From: a virus
Taxonomy: Duplodnaviria; Heunggongvirae; Uroviricota; Caudoviricetes
Strand: one strand, 5' to 3'
Length of the DNA: 64,000 nt
Virus record (IMG/VR): IMGVR_UViG_3300028888_000043
Span: 169,756-233,755 of that record
Part shown: in pieces, positions 29,119-39,064 of the stretch
Layout of the letters: every line of letters begins with the position of its first letter
Position numbering within the stretch: the stretch's first letter is position 1
Made by a program: the position numbers and the translations under genes
The notes under the pieces: model-generated
Told to the model about the DNA's origin: nothing
The model's input: only the letters and a program-made list of their open reading frames with translations
Databases searched by the model: none

Positions 29119-29943
29119 ATGACAGAAGAATTAAAGAATGTTACTGAAGAGCAGATTTCTGCTGCGGTAAAAAGAGTGGAAGAATTGCAGAAGGTCCGTA
29201 GTGACATTGTATCTTTCAAGGAAGAGTTAGTTGCACATCAGAAAGACCTGGCCAGTGCAGAGACTGTGTTTGGTGTTGGTACAAAGGAGTATGAACTCCA
29301 GAAAGATCATGTGGACCGCACTTTGTCTCTTATTGAAGAGGCACAGAAGAAGGAGGCTGAACTTGCTTTCAAGCAGTCAGAGTTGAAGCCTGTCCTGGAT
29401 GCTCTGGCAAAGAAGTTTGAGGATGCTTACAGAAATGATACTTCCAAGGAATATCATATCGAGATGGCCCCGAAACCGGAGAAAGATGATGAACCTATTG
29501 ACCCTTCAAAGGGTAAGAAGGTGTTCAAGCAGCTTCTTGATTATCTTAACAACAATGTTTCCTTCACTGCAAAGAGTGCTGTGAACCTTATGATTCTTGT
29601 CCGTAATATGGAGGAGAACAAACCCTGGGTGAACTCAAAGGAGTTTGATAATGTCATCATTCTCCGTTCAGCCAGTGTACTCAGTCTGTGGAGATCTATT
29701 ATGGAGGACTTCAATGGAAAGGGTTTCTTTGAAGCCCGTAAGTTCCTGGAGTGCTGGGCTAACTGCGGTCAGTCAATTTCTGATGCAGTCCGCCAGATTC
29801 AGAAGGACAATGCCGCTACCCGTCAGATTGGTACGGACCTCAATAATGTTGAGGAGGAATTCAACCGTAGCGAGAATGACCTTCCAAAGGATGAGGCAAA
29901 GCCGACAACCCAAGAGGAAGTTGATCCCAATGTGTCTGAATAA
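29119..29943 (+). CDS. helical/coiled-coil hypothetical protein
   Basis: 274-aa ORF with its own promoter. Confidence 0.8.
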   Translation: MTEELKNVTEEQISAAVKRVEELQKVRSDIVSFKEELVAHQKDLASAETVFGVGTKEYELQKDHVDRTLSLIEEAQKKEAELAFKQSELKPVLDALAKKFEDAYRNDTSKEYHIEMAPKPEKDDEPIDPSKGKKVFKQLLDYLNNNVSFTAKSAVNLMILVRNMEENKPWVNSKEFDNVIILRSASVLSLWRSIMEDFNGKGFFEARKFLECWANCGQSISDAVRQIQKDNAATRQIGTDLNNVEEEFNRSENDLPKDEAKPTTQEEVDPNVSE

Positions 29944-30023
29944 AATAAATGACTCCCCGGAAAATTCCGGGGATCAAGTAACAAATGTCCATATACTTCA
30001 CAACTCCGGGGAGTCATTTTATT
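29944..30023 (+). repeat. inverted repeat with duplicated right arm (terminator/switch-like)
   Basis: AAATGACTCCCCGGA pairs with TCCGGGGA at 29966-29973 or with TCCGGGGAGTCATTT at 30005-30019. Confidence 0.7.
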
Positions 30024-30027
30024 CTTA

Positions 30028-30035
30028 CATAAATA
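30028..30035 (+). promoter_or_regulatory. late promoter CATAAATA
   Basis: Upstream of the S1-like gene. Confidence 0.65.
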
Positions 30036-30081
30036 CTTTGTATGTTTAACCGTTCCATTCTGGAATTTAAAGAAATTATAA

Positions 30082-31251
30082 ATGGGTATTATAACTCAAA
30101 GAGTAGAAATCTATTCTGAATCAGATCCATTAAACTCAACATTTGTTGACATCCCTGTACATAAAGGTGAGAAGATTATGTGTCATGAACCCTATGTGGT
30201 TGAGGCAATGAAGATGTATGCACAGTCTTGTACCGATGAAGTATTGGATGCCATCAATGAATATGAGAGACTGGGTAAGTTCAGAGATGTAAGGGAAGGA
30301 CATATCACAGGTTATGATGAGAAGAAGTCAACCGCTGATATTGCCCTTTCACAGAAACATTCAGTGGCTGTTGATATCAACTCCAATGAGAAAATCAGTG
30401 TCGGTGACAAGATTGATGTTGTTGTCACCAAGGCAAGAGGTCACCTCTCTGCCGATGCTTCTTCAAAGACTGCACAACTTGAAAGGTTGAAGCAGGAACT
30501 GGTGAAGGAAATTCAGACTCCTACATCTGCCTATGCCGGTACAGTCAAGGAGATTGTTTACAATGGTGCCAATGTATTCAATGGTTTCATTGTGGACATC
30601 AAGGGTGTCAGGTGCTTTATGCCTGGTACCGAGTCTGATGTCGTTCCTCTCAATGACTTCAAGGAGTTAGTTGGTAAGGAACTCTTCGTGATGCCTGTCA
30701 ACCTGATTAAGGACAGTATCATTGTCTCCCATAAGGAGTATCTGAATACTCTCAAACCAAGTGTTCTTGATGAACTGGAGAACCTTGAAAAGGGTACTGT
30801 GGTCACTGGTGTTGTTTCATCTATCAAGCATTTCGGTGCTTTCATCCTTATCAAGGAATGTGTTGCTACACTCCTGTCAGTGTCTGAAATGAATGAGGTC
30901 ACGGAGGCCAAGTTCAAGGCGGGTCAGTTGAAGGTCGGAGATCCTATTGACTTCTACATTGAAAGTATCAATGATGAGAAGGTCATCATCACTCAGACTG
31001 TCAGTAAGACAGAGGGTTGGGACAAACTCAAGGAGACTATCGAGAAGTCAAGTGATTACAAGTTGAAGGGTGTTGTGAAGAACCTCTTTGACAATGGTGT
31101 GGTCATCATCTCTGAAGAGTTTAATGGTATCACATTCTTCCTCTCATCAAAGGTTGTTCTCCTGGATAACCTCAAAGTAGGTCAGGAGGTTGAACTTCCA
31201 GTTGAGAGTGTGGATACTGTGAAGAAGACTGTGAGGTTGAAAATCTCATAA
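30082..31251 (+). CDS. ribosomal protein bS1-like protein (about 4 S1/OB domains)
   Basis: GFIVDIKGVRCFMPG, IIVSHK, GTVVTGVVSSIKHFGAFI, LKVGD, LKVGQEV S1-repeat motifs. Confidence 0.85.
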   Translation: MGIITQRVEIYSESDPLNSTFVDIPVHKGEKIMCHEPYVVEAMKMYAQSCTDEVLDAINEYERLGKFRDVREGHITGYDEKKSTADIALSQKHSVAVDINSNEKISVGDKIDVVVTKARGHLSADASSKTAQLERLKQELVKEIQTPTSAYAGTVKEIVYNGANVFNGFIVDIKGVRCFMPGTESDVVPLNDFKELVGKELFVMPVNLIKDSIIVSHKEYLNTLKPSVLDELENLEKGTVVTGVVSSIKHFGAFILIKECVATLLSVSEMNEVTEAKFKAGQLKVGDPIDFYIESINDEKVIITQTVSKTEGWDKLKETIEKSSDYKLKGVVKNLFDNGVVIISEEFNGITFFLSSKVVLLDNLKVGQEVELPVESVDTVKKTVRLKIS

Positions 31252-31278
31252 GTTCATTTTTATTTTTATTTTAGGGTG

Positions 31279-31308
31279 TGGTCATTCCTTTGGGAATGAC
31301 CATTTTTT
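31279..31308 (+). terminator. intrinsic terminator
   Basis: TGGTCATTCC/GGAATGACCA stem plus T-run. Confidence 0.75.
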
Positions 31309-31316
31309 CATAAATA
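31309..31316 (+). promoter_or_regulatory. late promoter CATAAATA
   Basis: Upstream of ORF 31342. Confidence 0.7.
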
Positions 31317-31341
31317 CAAGTATAGTAACAATGATATCATA

Positions 31342-31914
31342 ATGGCATTTCTGAGTGGATTAAATAATAACTTCAAGTTCACTTTCCCAAAGGTTTTTGT
31401 TCCGGAAGAAATAGAAAAGAAGTATCTTCCTATCCTGAACAGAATACCAGGGAATATGTGTACTACTGTTATTGATTTTCTGAATATGAGTATCAAGTCA
31501 GTTGAACTTGAAGTGAACCCTGTGACATATGAACCTATCGAGCAGGTTGACAGGGGAACACCTTACGGTAGATTACATCGTTCAGACTTCTTTCCTGATT
31601 TCTTATGGAAGAAAGATATGACTATAACCTTTCAGTTGGATTCTGCATATATCATTTGGTCTATCCTGACAGATTTGTTTATGTATTATTATTGTGCTGA
31701 ACCGGATCCAAAATATATCCCTGCGTGCCCAGGTATGGAGATTCTGGATTGCTATAATCATTCATTATACAGGATTACATTTGATGACCTTCTCTATACA
31801 GGTGTAAGCGGATTGGAATTTGATTTCAGTTCAAATGAGGTTGACCAGAAGGTTGTGACAACAACCTGGGTTGCCAACAAGGTCAATGTAGTACTTGAAC
31901 CGTCAAGAGTATAA
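31342..31914 (+). CDS. tail-tube-fold protein (gp3 tail terminator / gp19-like)
   Basis: FLSGLNNNFKF start, MTITFQLD, RITFDDL..TGVSGLEFD pattern; late promoter. Confidence 0.55.
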   Translation: MAFLSGLNNNFKFTFPKVFVPEEIEKKYLPILNRIPGNMCTTVIDFLNMSIKSVELEVNPVTYEPIEQVDRGTPYGRLHRSDFFPDFLWKKDMTITFQLDSAYIIWSILTDLFMYYYCAEPDPKYIPACPGMEILDCYNHSLYRITFDDLLYTGVSGLEFDFSSNEVDQKVVTTTWVANKVNVVLEPSRV

Positions 31915-31943
31915 AAAAGAGAGAACTTTATGTTCTCTCTTTT
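31913..31943. terminator. bidirectional terminator
   Basis: AAAAGAGAGAAC/GTTCTCTCTTTT between convergent genes. Confidence 0.7.
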
Positions 31944-32401
31944 AGTTTATATTCATCTTGTCTTTTCAACTTATATTCTTCATATGCTGCCGCCTTTTGT
32001 TCATCTGTCATATAGAACCCTCCATTTTTAATGTAAGCATAGAACACTATCTTTTCATATGAGTGTTTGTTGTCCATATACTGGAGAAGTCTTTCCATAC
32101 TTGCAAGTTCCTCAATAGTCAAACCTAACCATTCAGCATATTCTGGACAAAGGAATTTCTGGATGAATGTACCCATATATACATTATGTATATGATAGTA
32201 TAACAAATCTTCTTTTGATATGTTTGCCCAACAGATATAATGAATATTGTCATCTTCTGGATCATGATACTGTGTTTCCAACCAATAGTCCGGGTCATCA
32301 TGTATCAGAAGAATGTCTGTATCAGTTGTATAGTCTTCAAAATCTTTGTATCCAGTGAAGATTGCTCTTGAACCAATTATGAATCTTTTTACTTCTTTCA
32401 T
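31928..32401 (-). CDS. nucleotidyltransferase-like hypothetical protein
   Basis: IIGSRA...TDTDIL resembles the Pol-beta NTase GS/DxD motif. Confidence 0.45.
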   Translation of the reverse strand: MKEVKRFIIGSRAIFTGYKDFEDYTTDTDILLIHDDPDYWLETQYHDPEDDNIHYICWANISKEDLLYYHIHNVYMGTFIQKFLCPEYAEWLGLTIEELASMERLLQYMDNKHSYEKIVFYAYIKNGGFYMTDEQKAAAYEEYKLKRQDEYKLKERT

Positions 32402-32404
32402 ATT

Positions 32405-33259
32405 TTATTCTGGTATTGTAAGTTTTGAATATTTTGGATGTATGACGCCTCTTATATTATATTGATTATATTTGAAGGCAGTAGAAATCCAGATTTCATT
32501 ACGGCTTGAAAATTCAGCTATATGTAAAAAAGATGCCTTTGAAGTACTGTATATATATTTATTATTTGATGTAGAATATCCAGTAGCGCTTGTTGATGAC
32601 CATAGTCTAAAATAATCCAGTACATCTCCACCATCATTATGATCTATACCTGAAAATGTTAAAATATTACCATTTGTTTTTGATGTAAATGTTATAGTAT
32701 ATACTTTCTTATTATATGTAGTATTAGTAACATAATTACTTCCCCATGTAGTGTTTGCAGAATTAATCAGTTCACTAAAGTCATCTGCTGTTGGGATACA
32801 CCAAACTCCTCCAAATGTTTGCGTGATGATATCATCTTCTGGTTCAAGTATAACTTTATTATCAGCTAAACCATATTTTGTAAATCCATCATCAAGTCCA
32901 TCCGATACATTTGATTGTTCTTTACCACCAAATTTATAATTTGTCCAATTGCTTGTTTCTTTATGCTCAAGTTCGCCCCAGGGTAAATAAATACCTTCAT
33001 TCCAACCCAATACAGTACTATCTTTATCTATATAAATTTGTTGAGCACCAAGATTTTTTGTCATCCACAATGTACCTGATGGAAGTCCCAAATCTACATA
33101 TTCAATATTATCTTTATATATATTGTATCTGTTGTAGGTTTTAATGTTCTGGTTATCAGTTGAATTTTTATCAACAACACCTATCCAAGGTTCTTGATAT
33201 TTTGTATCAAGAGCCGTGTTTAGTTCTTGTTCTGAATTGAAATAATGTAGATACTTCAT
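32405..33259 (-). CDS. Fib_succ_major/DUF1566-like (C-type-lectin fold) putative adhesin
   Basis: EYVDLGLPSGTLWMTKNLGA, W.IPT.DDF.ELI, WSST, IRGV motifs. Confidence 0.75.
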   Translation of the reverse strand: MKYLHYFNSEQELNTALDTKYQEPWIGVVDKNSTDNQNIKTYNRYNIYKDNIEYVDLGLPSGTLWMTKNLGAQQIYIDKDSTVLGWNEGIYLPWGELEHKETSNWTNYKFGGKEQSNVSDGLDDGFTKYGLADNKVILEPEDDIITQTFGGVWCIPTADDFSELINSANTTWGSNYVTNTTYNKKVYTITFTSKTNGNILTFSGIDHNDGGDVLDYFRLWSSTSATGYSTSNNKYIYSTSKASFLHIAEFSSRNEIWISTAFKYNQYNIRGVIHPKYSKLTIPE

Positions 33260-33262
33260 ACC

Positions 33263-34261
33263 TTACTCTTCCTCTTCTCCACCACATTCACCATTTTCCA
33301 TCTCTGGATCATAATCCGGGTCATCCGGGTCATCACAAGACTTTTCACCAAACTTGTCATATTTGCAGGATTCCTTGATTGCGGCATAGTCCTCATAGAC
33401 AAACTCATCAAATGTCTTCACAGCATGCTCTGTGAATGATGTGATTTTGTAGATTGTAGAGTCAATAAGGGCAAAGAGTTCATCAATGGTTGAATTGATT
33501 TCACTGTGTTCACCCATTATATACTTGTTTGTTTCAATGAAGTTCTTCAAGTCAAGAAGATACTCTGATTCAGTCTTGTCATCGCCGATGATGCAGTTGA
33601 CAAATGGATCCTCAACCACACCATTGATACCCTGATACTGCTCGATGATATCATCAACAATATCAAGCGCTTTTTCATAGAACTCATTGAGTGCAACATG
33701 TACATGGTGCTTTCTTGTTTTGAGATGATATCTCCAAACAATGGATACACACTCCTGGATGGTACCGAAGAAGTTACCGATAGTCATAGCAGACTGTGTA
33801 GAACAGATGTCAGTAGGTGCTCCATCACAACATTCCGGACCTGGACAGGCATCACCAGGACAACCATCAATAGGTGTCTCATCACCCATTTCAGGAACGA
33901 CATCACTGACAACAGGTGCCGGTTCCTCTGGAAGTTCAACAGGAGTATCGCCAGGTGCAGGGATTACATCATCAGTAGGTGCAAGTGTCACATCTTCTGC
34001 TGGAGGAACAATAGGTTCAGTTACTGGTTTATCAGCATCGTGGACATCAAACACTGGTGGAACAATATCTGCCAGCGGAGCGTCAACTACTGGTTCAGCA
34101 GCAGGTTCAACTGATGGAACATCCTCTGGTTCAATTACAGTATTGTCATCTACCTGTTCCATATTTGGATTTTCATCTTCTGGATTTTCTACTACAACAT
34201 CCTTGACATCAATAGTATCATCTACTACTGGTTCAATTATTGTTTTCTCATCTTTTTCCAT
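33263..34261 (-). CDS. Pro/acidic N-terminus plus ferritin/Dps-like four-helix domain
   Basis: YHLKT..HHVHVALNEFYE....IVDDIIEQYQG; C-terminal VKTFDEFVYE. Confidence 0.6.
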   Translation of the reverse strand: MEKDEKTIIEPVVDDTIDVKDVVVENPEDENPNMEQVDDNTVIEPEDVPSVEPAAEPVVDAPLADIVPPVFDVHDADKPVTEPIVPPAEDVTLAPTDDVIPAPGDTPVELPEEPAPVVSDVVPEMGDETPIDGCPGDACPGPECCDGAPTDICSTQSAMTIGNFFGTIQECVSIVWRYHLKTRKHHVHVALNEFYEKALDIVDDIIEQYQGINGVVEDPFVNCIIGDDKTESEYLLDLKNFIETNKYIMGEHSEINSTIDELFALIDSTIYKITSFTEHAVKTFDEFVYEDYAAIKESCKYDKFGEKSCDDPDDPDYDPEMENGECGGEEEE

Positions 34262-34281
34262 AATAATCTAAATTAAAATTC

Positions 34282-34539
34282 TTATTGCTGTTCGGTGATA
34301 TGAACATTACTTTTCTTGAAGATATATTTAATAGAACCTCTGTCAACAGAATAATCATTACTAATTGTAATCTTTGATGCATCAACATCAGTCCAACCGG
34401 TCAATTCATAATCTGTGAGAGTACTGGTTAAACCTGTAATAGTAATATCTGCATTACTTGATGATGAATCATTATAATGTAAAGTAACATCAAATGTTTC
34501 ACCAGGAACATCATGCTTAAGATTAATTATGTAAGCCAT
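34282..34539 (-). CDS. 85-aa stand-alone copy of the MxYxIxIKH N-terminal domain (start revised from 34584)
   Basis: MAYIINLKHDVPG...ELTGW aligns with N-termini of the 37852 and 39041 ORFs; late promoter lies inside the longer ORF call. Confidence 0.7.
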   Translation of the reverse strand: MAYIINLKHDVPGETFDVTLHYNDSSSSNADITITGLTSTLTDYELTGWTDVDASKITISNDYSVDRGSIKYIFKKSNVHITEQQ

Positions 34540-34565
34540 ATTTATAATAATTTGTTTATGTATAT

Positions 34566-34573
34566 TATTTATG
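34566..34573 (-). promoter_or_regulatory. late promoter CATAAATA
   Basis: 26 nt before ATG 34539. Confidence 0.65.
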
Positions 34574-34580
34574 AAAATTT

Positions 34581-35468
34581 TCAATAGACAATGTTCACAT
34601 CATTCAGTCCGAGCGCTTTCAGAAGCATAAATCCCATATAACAATTAGAATGAGGGATATATGAACCATCGACAGAATTTTCACCATAGAACATATATAT
34701 TTCCATTTCATCAGTGTCTATACCGACAGGAAATCCAGCTACCCTGCTGATTGTTGAACAATATTCCGGATGATTCACTCTGTCAAATCCTGCATCACAT
34801 GGATCATCGCCATGGAATAAAAACTGTTGTCCATAAGAACTACTTAATCCAAAATAATGTCTGTATTCATGTATGAGTGCTGGAATTTGTGAATTGCTGG
34901 CATTATATAGAACTATTTTACCTTTATATCCCTCACAATATCCTCCTGAACCAAAAGTTGCACTATCTGGATCAATGTAAAACTTTGCTGAAAAATATGT
35001 TCCATCATTATATGGATGTGGTGTCCTTGCTTCTGTTACCTTATAGTCATAACCAACTGCAATCATCCTGGCCTTAAATTCATTCACAAGTTCATCCATC
35101 GCTTCTTGTGTGGTAGAACCTGATAACACACCATAGTCTTTGAATTCAAAATCTCCAAGAGATACAGTTGTAAATTCCTTTTGACTTGTTTCAGAAGGAA
35201 TACTACTATCTCCTTTTTCTGTGACTACAAGTTTTATCTGATATGTGGTGTTCGGTTCCAATCCATCCAAATCATAAAGTAATGTTTTTGCCCGGAATAA
35301 AGGGAACTCATTTGTCTGGAATGAACTCATCGGACCTTCTTCTGTATAAGTACTAACACCTTTTTTCCGATACAAGATTTTCCATTTTGTTTGTATATTA
35401 TTTACTCTTGCAACTATTTTAATTCTTATCACAGCACAAGTTGCACCTGGAATAATTGAAATGTCCAT
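34581..35468 (-). CDS. fibronectin type III domain plus HExxH zinc-metallopeptidase-like domain
   Basis: LDGLEPNTTYQIKL (FN3) and LIHEYRHYFGL (zincin motif). Confidence 0.7.
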   Translation of the reverse strand: MDISIIPGATCAVIRIKIVARVNNIQTKWKILYRKKGVSTYTEEGPMSSFQTNEFPLFRAKTLLYDLDGLEPNTTYQIKLVVTEKGDSSIPSETSQKEFTTVSLGDFEFKDYGVLSGSTTQEAMDELVNEFKARMIAVGYDYKVTEARTPHPYNDGTYFSAKFYIDPDSATFGSGGYCEGYKGKIVLYNASNSQIPALIHEYRHYFGLSSSYGQQFLFHGDDPCDAGFDRVNHPEYCSTISRVAGFPVGIDTDEMEIYMFYGENSVDGSYIPHSNCYMGFMLLKALGLNDVNIVY

Positions 35469-35476
35469 AATTGATA

Positions 35477-37852
35477 TTAATTTATTGTTATAATAAATCC
35501 ATCATGGCGGTTACCGTCAGATTCATATTTTTGTGTGGATTTGAAGGTATATGTGAGTCTTGTATTGATTGAAAAATGATTTGACTCTGTAAGAGTAACC
35601 TCATCACCATAAAGACTTGTTACAGTAATTTTATCCTTAATGTCTTGACCCAATAAACATATCTTAAAGTTATCAGATCTTTGTGAAAGGTTTATATTGT
35701 ATGAATGGCCATGATCGGATAAGTCAATTTCTGAAATGACATATGCACAATTGTTGTATTGATAAGCGATATTGGAATAAACACATCTTATATTCTGTGA
35801 TTCTTGAATTACAAAATATCTACAGTTTGTTGGATATAAACTGATGACACCAAATTTTAATCTATCCAAATTATTTGGAAGTATTGAAAATCTCAAATGT
35901 GAATATTTCCTTGCAAGTTCATATGTTATATTTTGAAACATTGATACACTATCAAATGCTATGGTTTTTTGTGTGGAGTATATTCCAGAACCATTATAAT
36001 ATCTGTAATAATTTAAGCATTCAAAGGTGACTTCATTGGATGGATAATCCTTTCCTTCATTATAGTCTCCAGTGTAAAATTTTATTGTATTTCCATCTAT
36101 TACAGCAGCACCATCATCAGCACCAATAAATTCAAGGTCTATATTTGTATTATTGGTACTATATGGAATTATATCAACATTACAGAATATTCCAGAATAA
36201 CTTCTGAATCTTATATTACTATAATGTTCAGAATTACCTGATGCATCAACTTTAATTTCTATATCTTCTGATTTTTCAGAATGTATGGTAAATGTACCAG
36301 TAGTATCAACCATCTCATGAGATGTCATACCATATGCGCCTCGTGTTGCTATGAATATTGAATATTCATTACCGATGTTAATTTGAGAACTACATAAACT
36401 GAAATCTCTCTTTTTTCCTGTATAACCTCCTCTATGCTCACTGGTTACAGATACTGTATAATCAAGTAATTGGTGTTTATCATTTGATATTATTATTGGG
36501 AAATAACCTCTCTCTTGATACAAATGTGTTTGTGTACCATCAGTTTCATTATATGATGAAGGCAATGCCATAGCACTGAGGACAACAGTATCATTCAATA
36601 CAACTGTTATGTTCTCATTTACAGTTCCATCTATTGCAACAATCTGGTCAGTATAGTTTTCAGCAGATACCTTTATCCATAATTTTGATAATGGAGTATA
36701 GAACTTATTGTTTCCTGTGAATGTACCATCTTCTGATGTAACTGGTGTCTCACAAGTTTCATCCTTGTACCACTCTATGGTTGCATTTTCATCTGCTGGA
36801 TCAATGGTTATCTCATAAGAGAAATATTCCTTTTCCAGAATTACATCTTTTGTTGATTCATTTTGTGTGAGATGAACTTTGGTAGGTTTGTAAAAACCAT
36901 CAACATGATATGTTACAACTGCCCATACTTCATTTTTAGATGAGTATAGGGTACCAGCTGGGTCATCCTGTGACAAGAACTTATTATTTTCTGTACAGTC
37001 TTCATTAGTATACCAATCTACTGAATAATTATATATATCCATTGGATCTGTTTCATCTGGTTTATATACATTCAAAGTATATTTGTTTGCACCTGATATG
37101 TAAACTTCTGCCCAAGGTAAATCCTTTGTTATTTTTCCAGATGAAGGGGTTACTGTGAAATTATCTATTGGTTCTAACTTGAACCACACTTCTTCATATA
37201 ATGTTTGGTCTAATGAATTTGACCAGATATGTCCATCTACTCCATCTATAATTCTATGTGATTCATCCAAATCGGAATTACTATACCAGGTCAATTCCAT
37301 TGATTTCATAAGTATTAAATCAATGTCTTCTGGGAAGATGGCATAAGAATATTCTTCTACTTCATGGACAGTACCATTAATATTTACTTCAACCTCTTCA
37401 ATTTCAATGGTACCATCAATATGGACTTCAACTTCTTCCTTCTTTACTGTACCTTCAATGTTTACCTCAACATCTTCTTTCTTGACAGTACCCTCAATGT
37501 TTACTTCAATTTCTTCCTTTCTGATACTACCATTGATATTGACTTCAATCTCCTCTTTCTTGACAGTACCCGTGATTTCAACATTCTGTTCTATTGTTTC
37601 TACTACACTTGCAATGTTGAGATTACCTACAATATATACTTTATTACCTTCATTGATTGAACCTTCAATCTTTACTTTATTGGGATCAATGAATCCACGT
37701 ATGGCGTCCCATCCAGTCAGTTCAACTACCTGGAAAGTATCAGACATATTAACCCCAATAACAGGGAGGTTTAATGAAGGGTCATCATACCTCAAAGTCA
37801 AAGGGAATACCTTGTTTGGAACTTTATGTCTGATTCTTATTTTGTAAGTCAT
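35477..37852 (-). CDS. modular putative tail fibre/adhesin: shared N-terminal domain, 6 VxIxG(T/S) repeats, three WY-containing beta modules
   Basis: MTYKIRIRHKVP...ELTGW; EVNIEGTVKKE repeats; LTWYSNSD, VDWYTNEDCT, IEWYKDETCE modules. Confidence 0.65.
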   Translation of the reverse strand: MTYKIRIRHKVPNKVFPLTLRYDDPSLNLPVIGVNMSDTFQVVELTGWDAIRGFIDPNKVKIEGSINEGNKVYIVGNLNIASVVETIEQNVEITGTVKKEEIEVNINGSIRKEEIEVNIEGTVKKEDVEVNIEGTVKKEEVEVHIDGTIEIEEVEVNINGTVHEVEEYSYAIFPEDIDLILMKSMELTWYSNSDLDESHRIIDGVDGHIWSNSLDQTLYEEVWFKLEPIDNFTVTPSSGKITKDLPWAEVYISGANKYTLNVYKPDETDPMDIYNYSVDWYTNEDCTENNKFLSQDDPAGTLYSSKNEVWAVVTYHVDGFYKPTKVHLTQNESTKDVILEKEYFSYEITIDPADENATIEWYKDETCETPVTSEDGTFTGNNKFYTPLSKLWIKVSAENYTDQIVAIDGTVNENITVVLNDTVVLSAMALPSSYNETDGTQTHLYQERGYFPIIISNDKHQLLDYTVSVTSEHRGGYTGKKRDFSLCSSQINIGNEYSIFIATRGAYGMTSHEMVDTTGTFTIHSEKSEDIEIKVDASGNSEHYSNIRFRSYSGIFCNVDIIPYSTNNTNIDLEFIGADDGAAVIDGNTIKFYTGDYNEGKDYPSNEVTFECLNYYRYYNGSGIYSTQKTIAFDSVSMFQNITYELARKYSHLRFSILPNNLDRLKFGVISLYPTNCRYFVIQESQNIRCVYSNIAYQYNNCAYVISEIDLSDHGHSYNINLSQRSDNFKICLLGQDIKDKITVTSLYGDEVTLTESNHFSINTRLTYTFKSTQKYESDGNRHDGFIITIN
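37361..37585 (-). repeat. six ~13-aa (39-nt) coding tandem repeats EV(N/H)I(E/N/D)G(T/S)(V/I)
   Basis: Visible in the translation and in the DNA. Confidence 0.85.
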
Positions 37853-37868
37853 ATATCAATGATTTATT

Positions 37869-39041
37869 TTAGTTGCTTGTGAACAATGAATCTGGAAGTC
37901 CCCATTTGTTCTGCTTTGCCTGATTGTATACATCTGAATAAATACCATGATTATGATTATCATTGAAGACAACAATCTTCAGGATATTATCAGAATAAAG
38001 AGGCATTGTTACATAGTGGTTACCAAGAGTTTGCCAGTCTGTCATACTCATAAATGAGATACCATCAGCAGTGATAACATATTGTCTTCCCTTTTCAAGT
38101 CTTACTCTTACAAATGTATCATTGCTCAAAATCTTTACACCATCAACATAGATGTTACCTTTACATGGTCTGAAAGATGTACTTGATTCAGTATAATCTG
38201 GTGCAAAAGTGATTGATAACACATCTGCATTTTCATCAGGACCATCATAAACATTTACTATTGTATCAGTCTTGTCAGGTATTCTGATGTCAATAGTACA
38301 CAATCTATATTCACGTCTTAATAATCCATAAGAAGCAGAACCATTCTTTCTTCCTTCTTCATTGATAGATTGGGATCCAACAATTGCTTTTTCCCAAGTC
38401 TGAAATCTTGCATACTGTGAGTTTGCTTCAAGAAGAATACTATTAAAATAAATAGAACCATAAGTTATTCTTCCCTTATATCCAGAAGGTGTTCTTTGAC
38501 CAAGAAATGCACCCTTCATAATTGTACCATATTCTGCTGCAAAATCATCATCATTTGGGTAATGAGTTGAATTATAAGTAGTGTTTCTAATAGAATATGT
38601 TATATCATAAAGATGTTTTGATTCATCTTCACAAATCAATTGTCCAATTGCTGTATTGTAATTTCCAGTTGAATAACTTGAATTAAATTCAGCAATAATA
38701 GCTTCTTGATTACTTTGTACAGATGTATCAATAGATACTTCTTCATTCATTGCCTCATCAATAACTTCTTGGTCAGAAGTATATGCGCCTTTACCAATAT
38801 TGATACCTACAGATTCAATAACATAAATTTTGTCATTGATTTCATACTGTGGTTCTCTAATCTTTATTTTTTCAATATCAAGACCTTCATCACCAGGTTC
38901 CCAACCAACTAATTGAATAGTTTGTGGTTGGTCAGTCAATGTGATAGGGATTTCAGGGAAATTATCATTTGATTCATATTTCAAATGTAAATCCATACTT
39001 ACACCTTCAATGTTGTGTTTAATGTTTATTCTGTAAGCCAT
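37869..39041 (-). CDS. putative tail-associated protein with shared MxYxIxIKH N-terminal domain
   Basis: MAYRINIKHNIEG...QLVGW...DIEKIKI; downstream of baseplate wedge genes. Confidence 0.65.
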   Translation of the reverse strand: MAYRINIKHNIEGVSMDLHLKYESNDNFPEIPITLTDQPQTIQLVGWEPGDEGLDIEKIKIREPQYEINDKIYVIESVGINIGKGAYTSDQEVIDEAMNEEVSIDTSVQSNQEAIIAEFNSSYSTGNYNTAIGQLICEDESKHLYDITYSIRNTTYNSTHYPNDDDFAAEYGTIMKGAFLGQRTPSGYKGRITYGSIYFNSILLEANSQYARFQTWEKAIVGSQSINEEGRKNGSASYGLLRREYRLCTIDIRIPDKTDTIVNVYDGPDENADVLSITFAPDYTESSTSFRPCKGNIYVDGVKILSNDTFVRVRLEKGRQYVITADGISFMSMTDWQTLGNHYVTMPLYSDNILKIVVFNDNHNHGIYSDVYNQAKQNKWGLPDSLFTSN

Positions 39042-39064
39042 ATTATTAAATTATTTTATTGCAT

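Noticed and set aside
32405-33259. Diversity-generating retroelement targeting the CLec-fold genes
   Set aside because: No reverse transcriptase and no template/variable repeat pair visible in this window; one elsewhere in the genome cannot be excluded.
34540-34584. ORF start at 34584 as given in the track
   Set aside because: The extension spans the late promoter; homology with two paralogs begins at MAY (34539).
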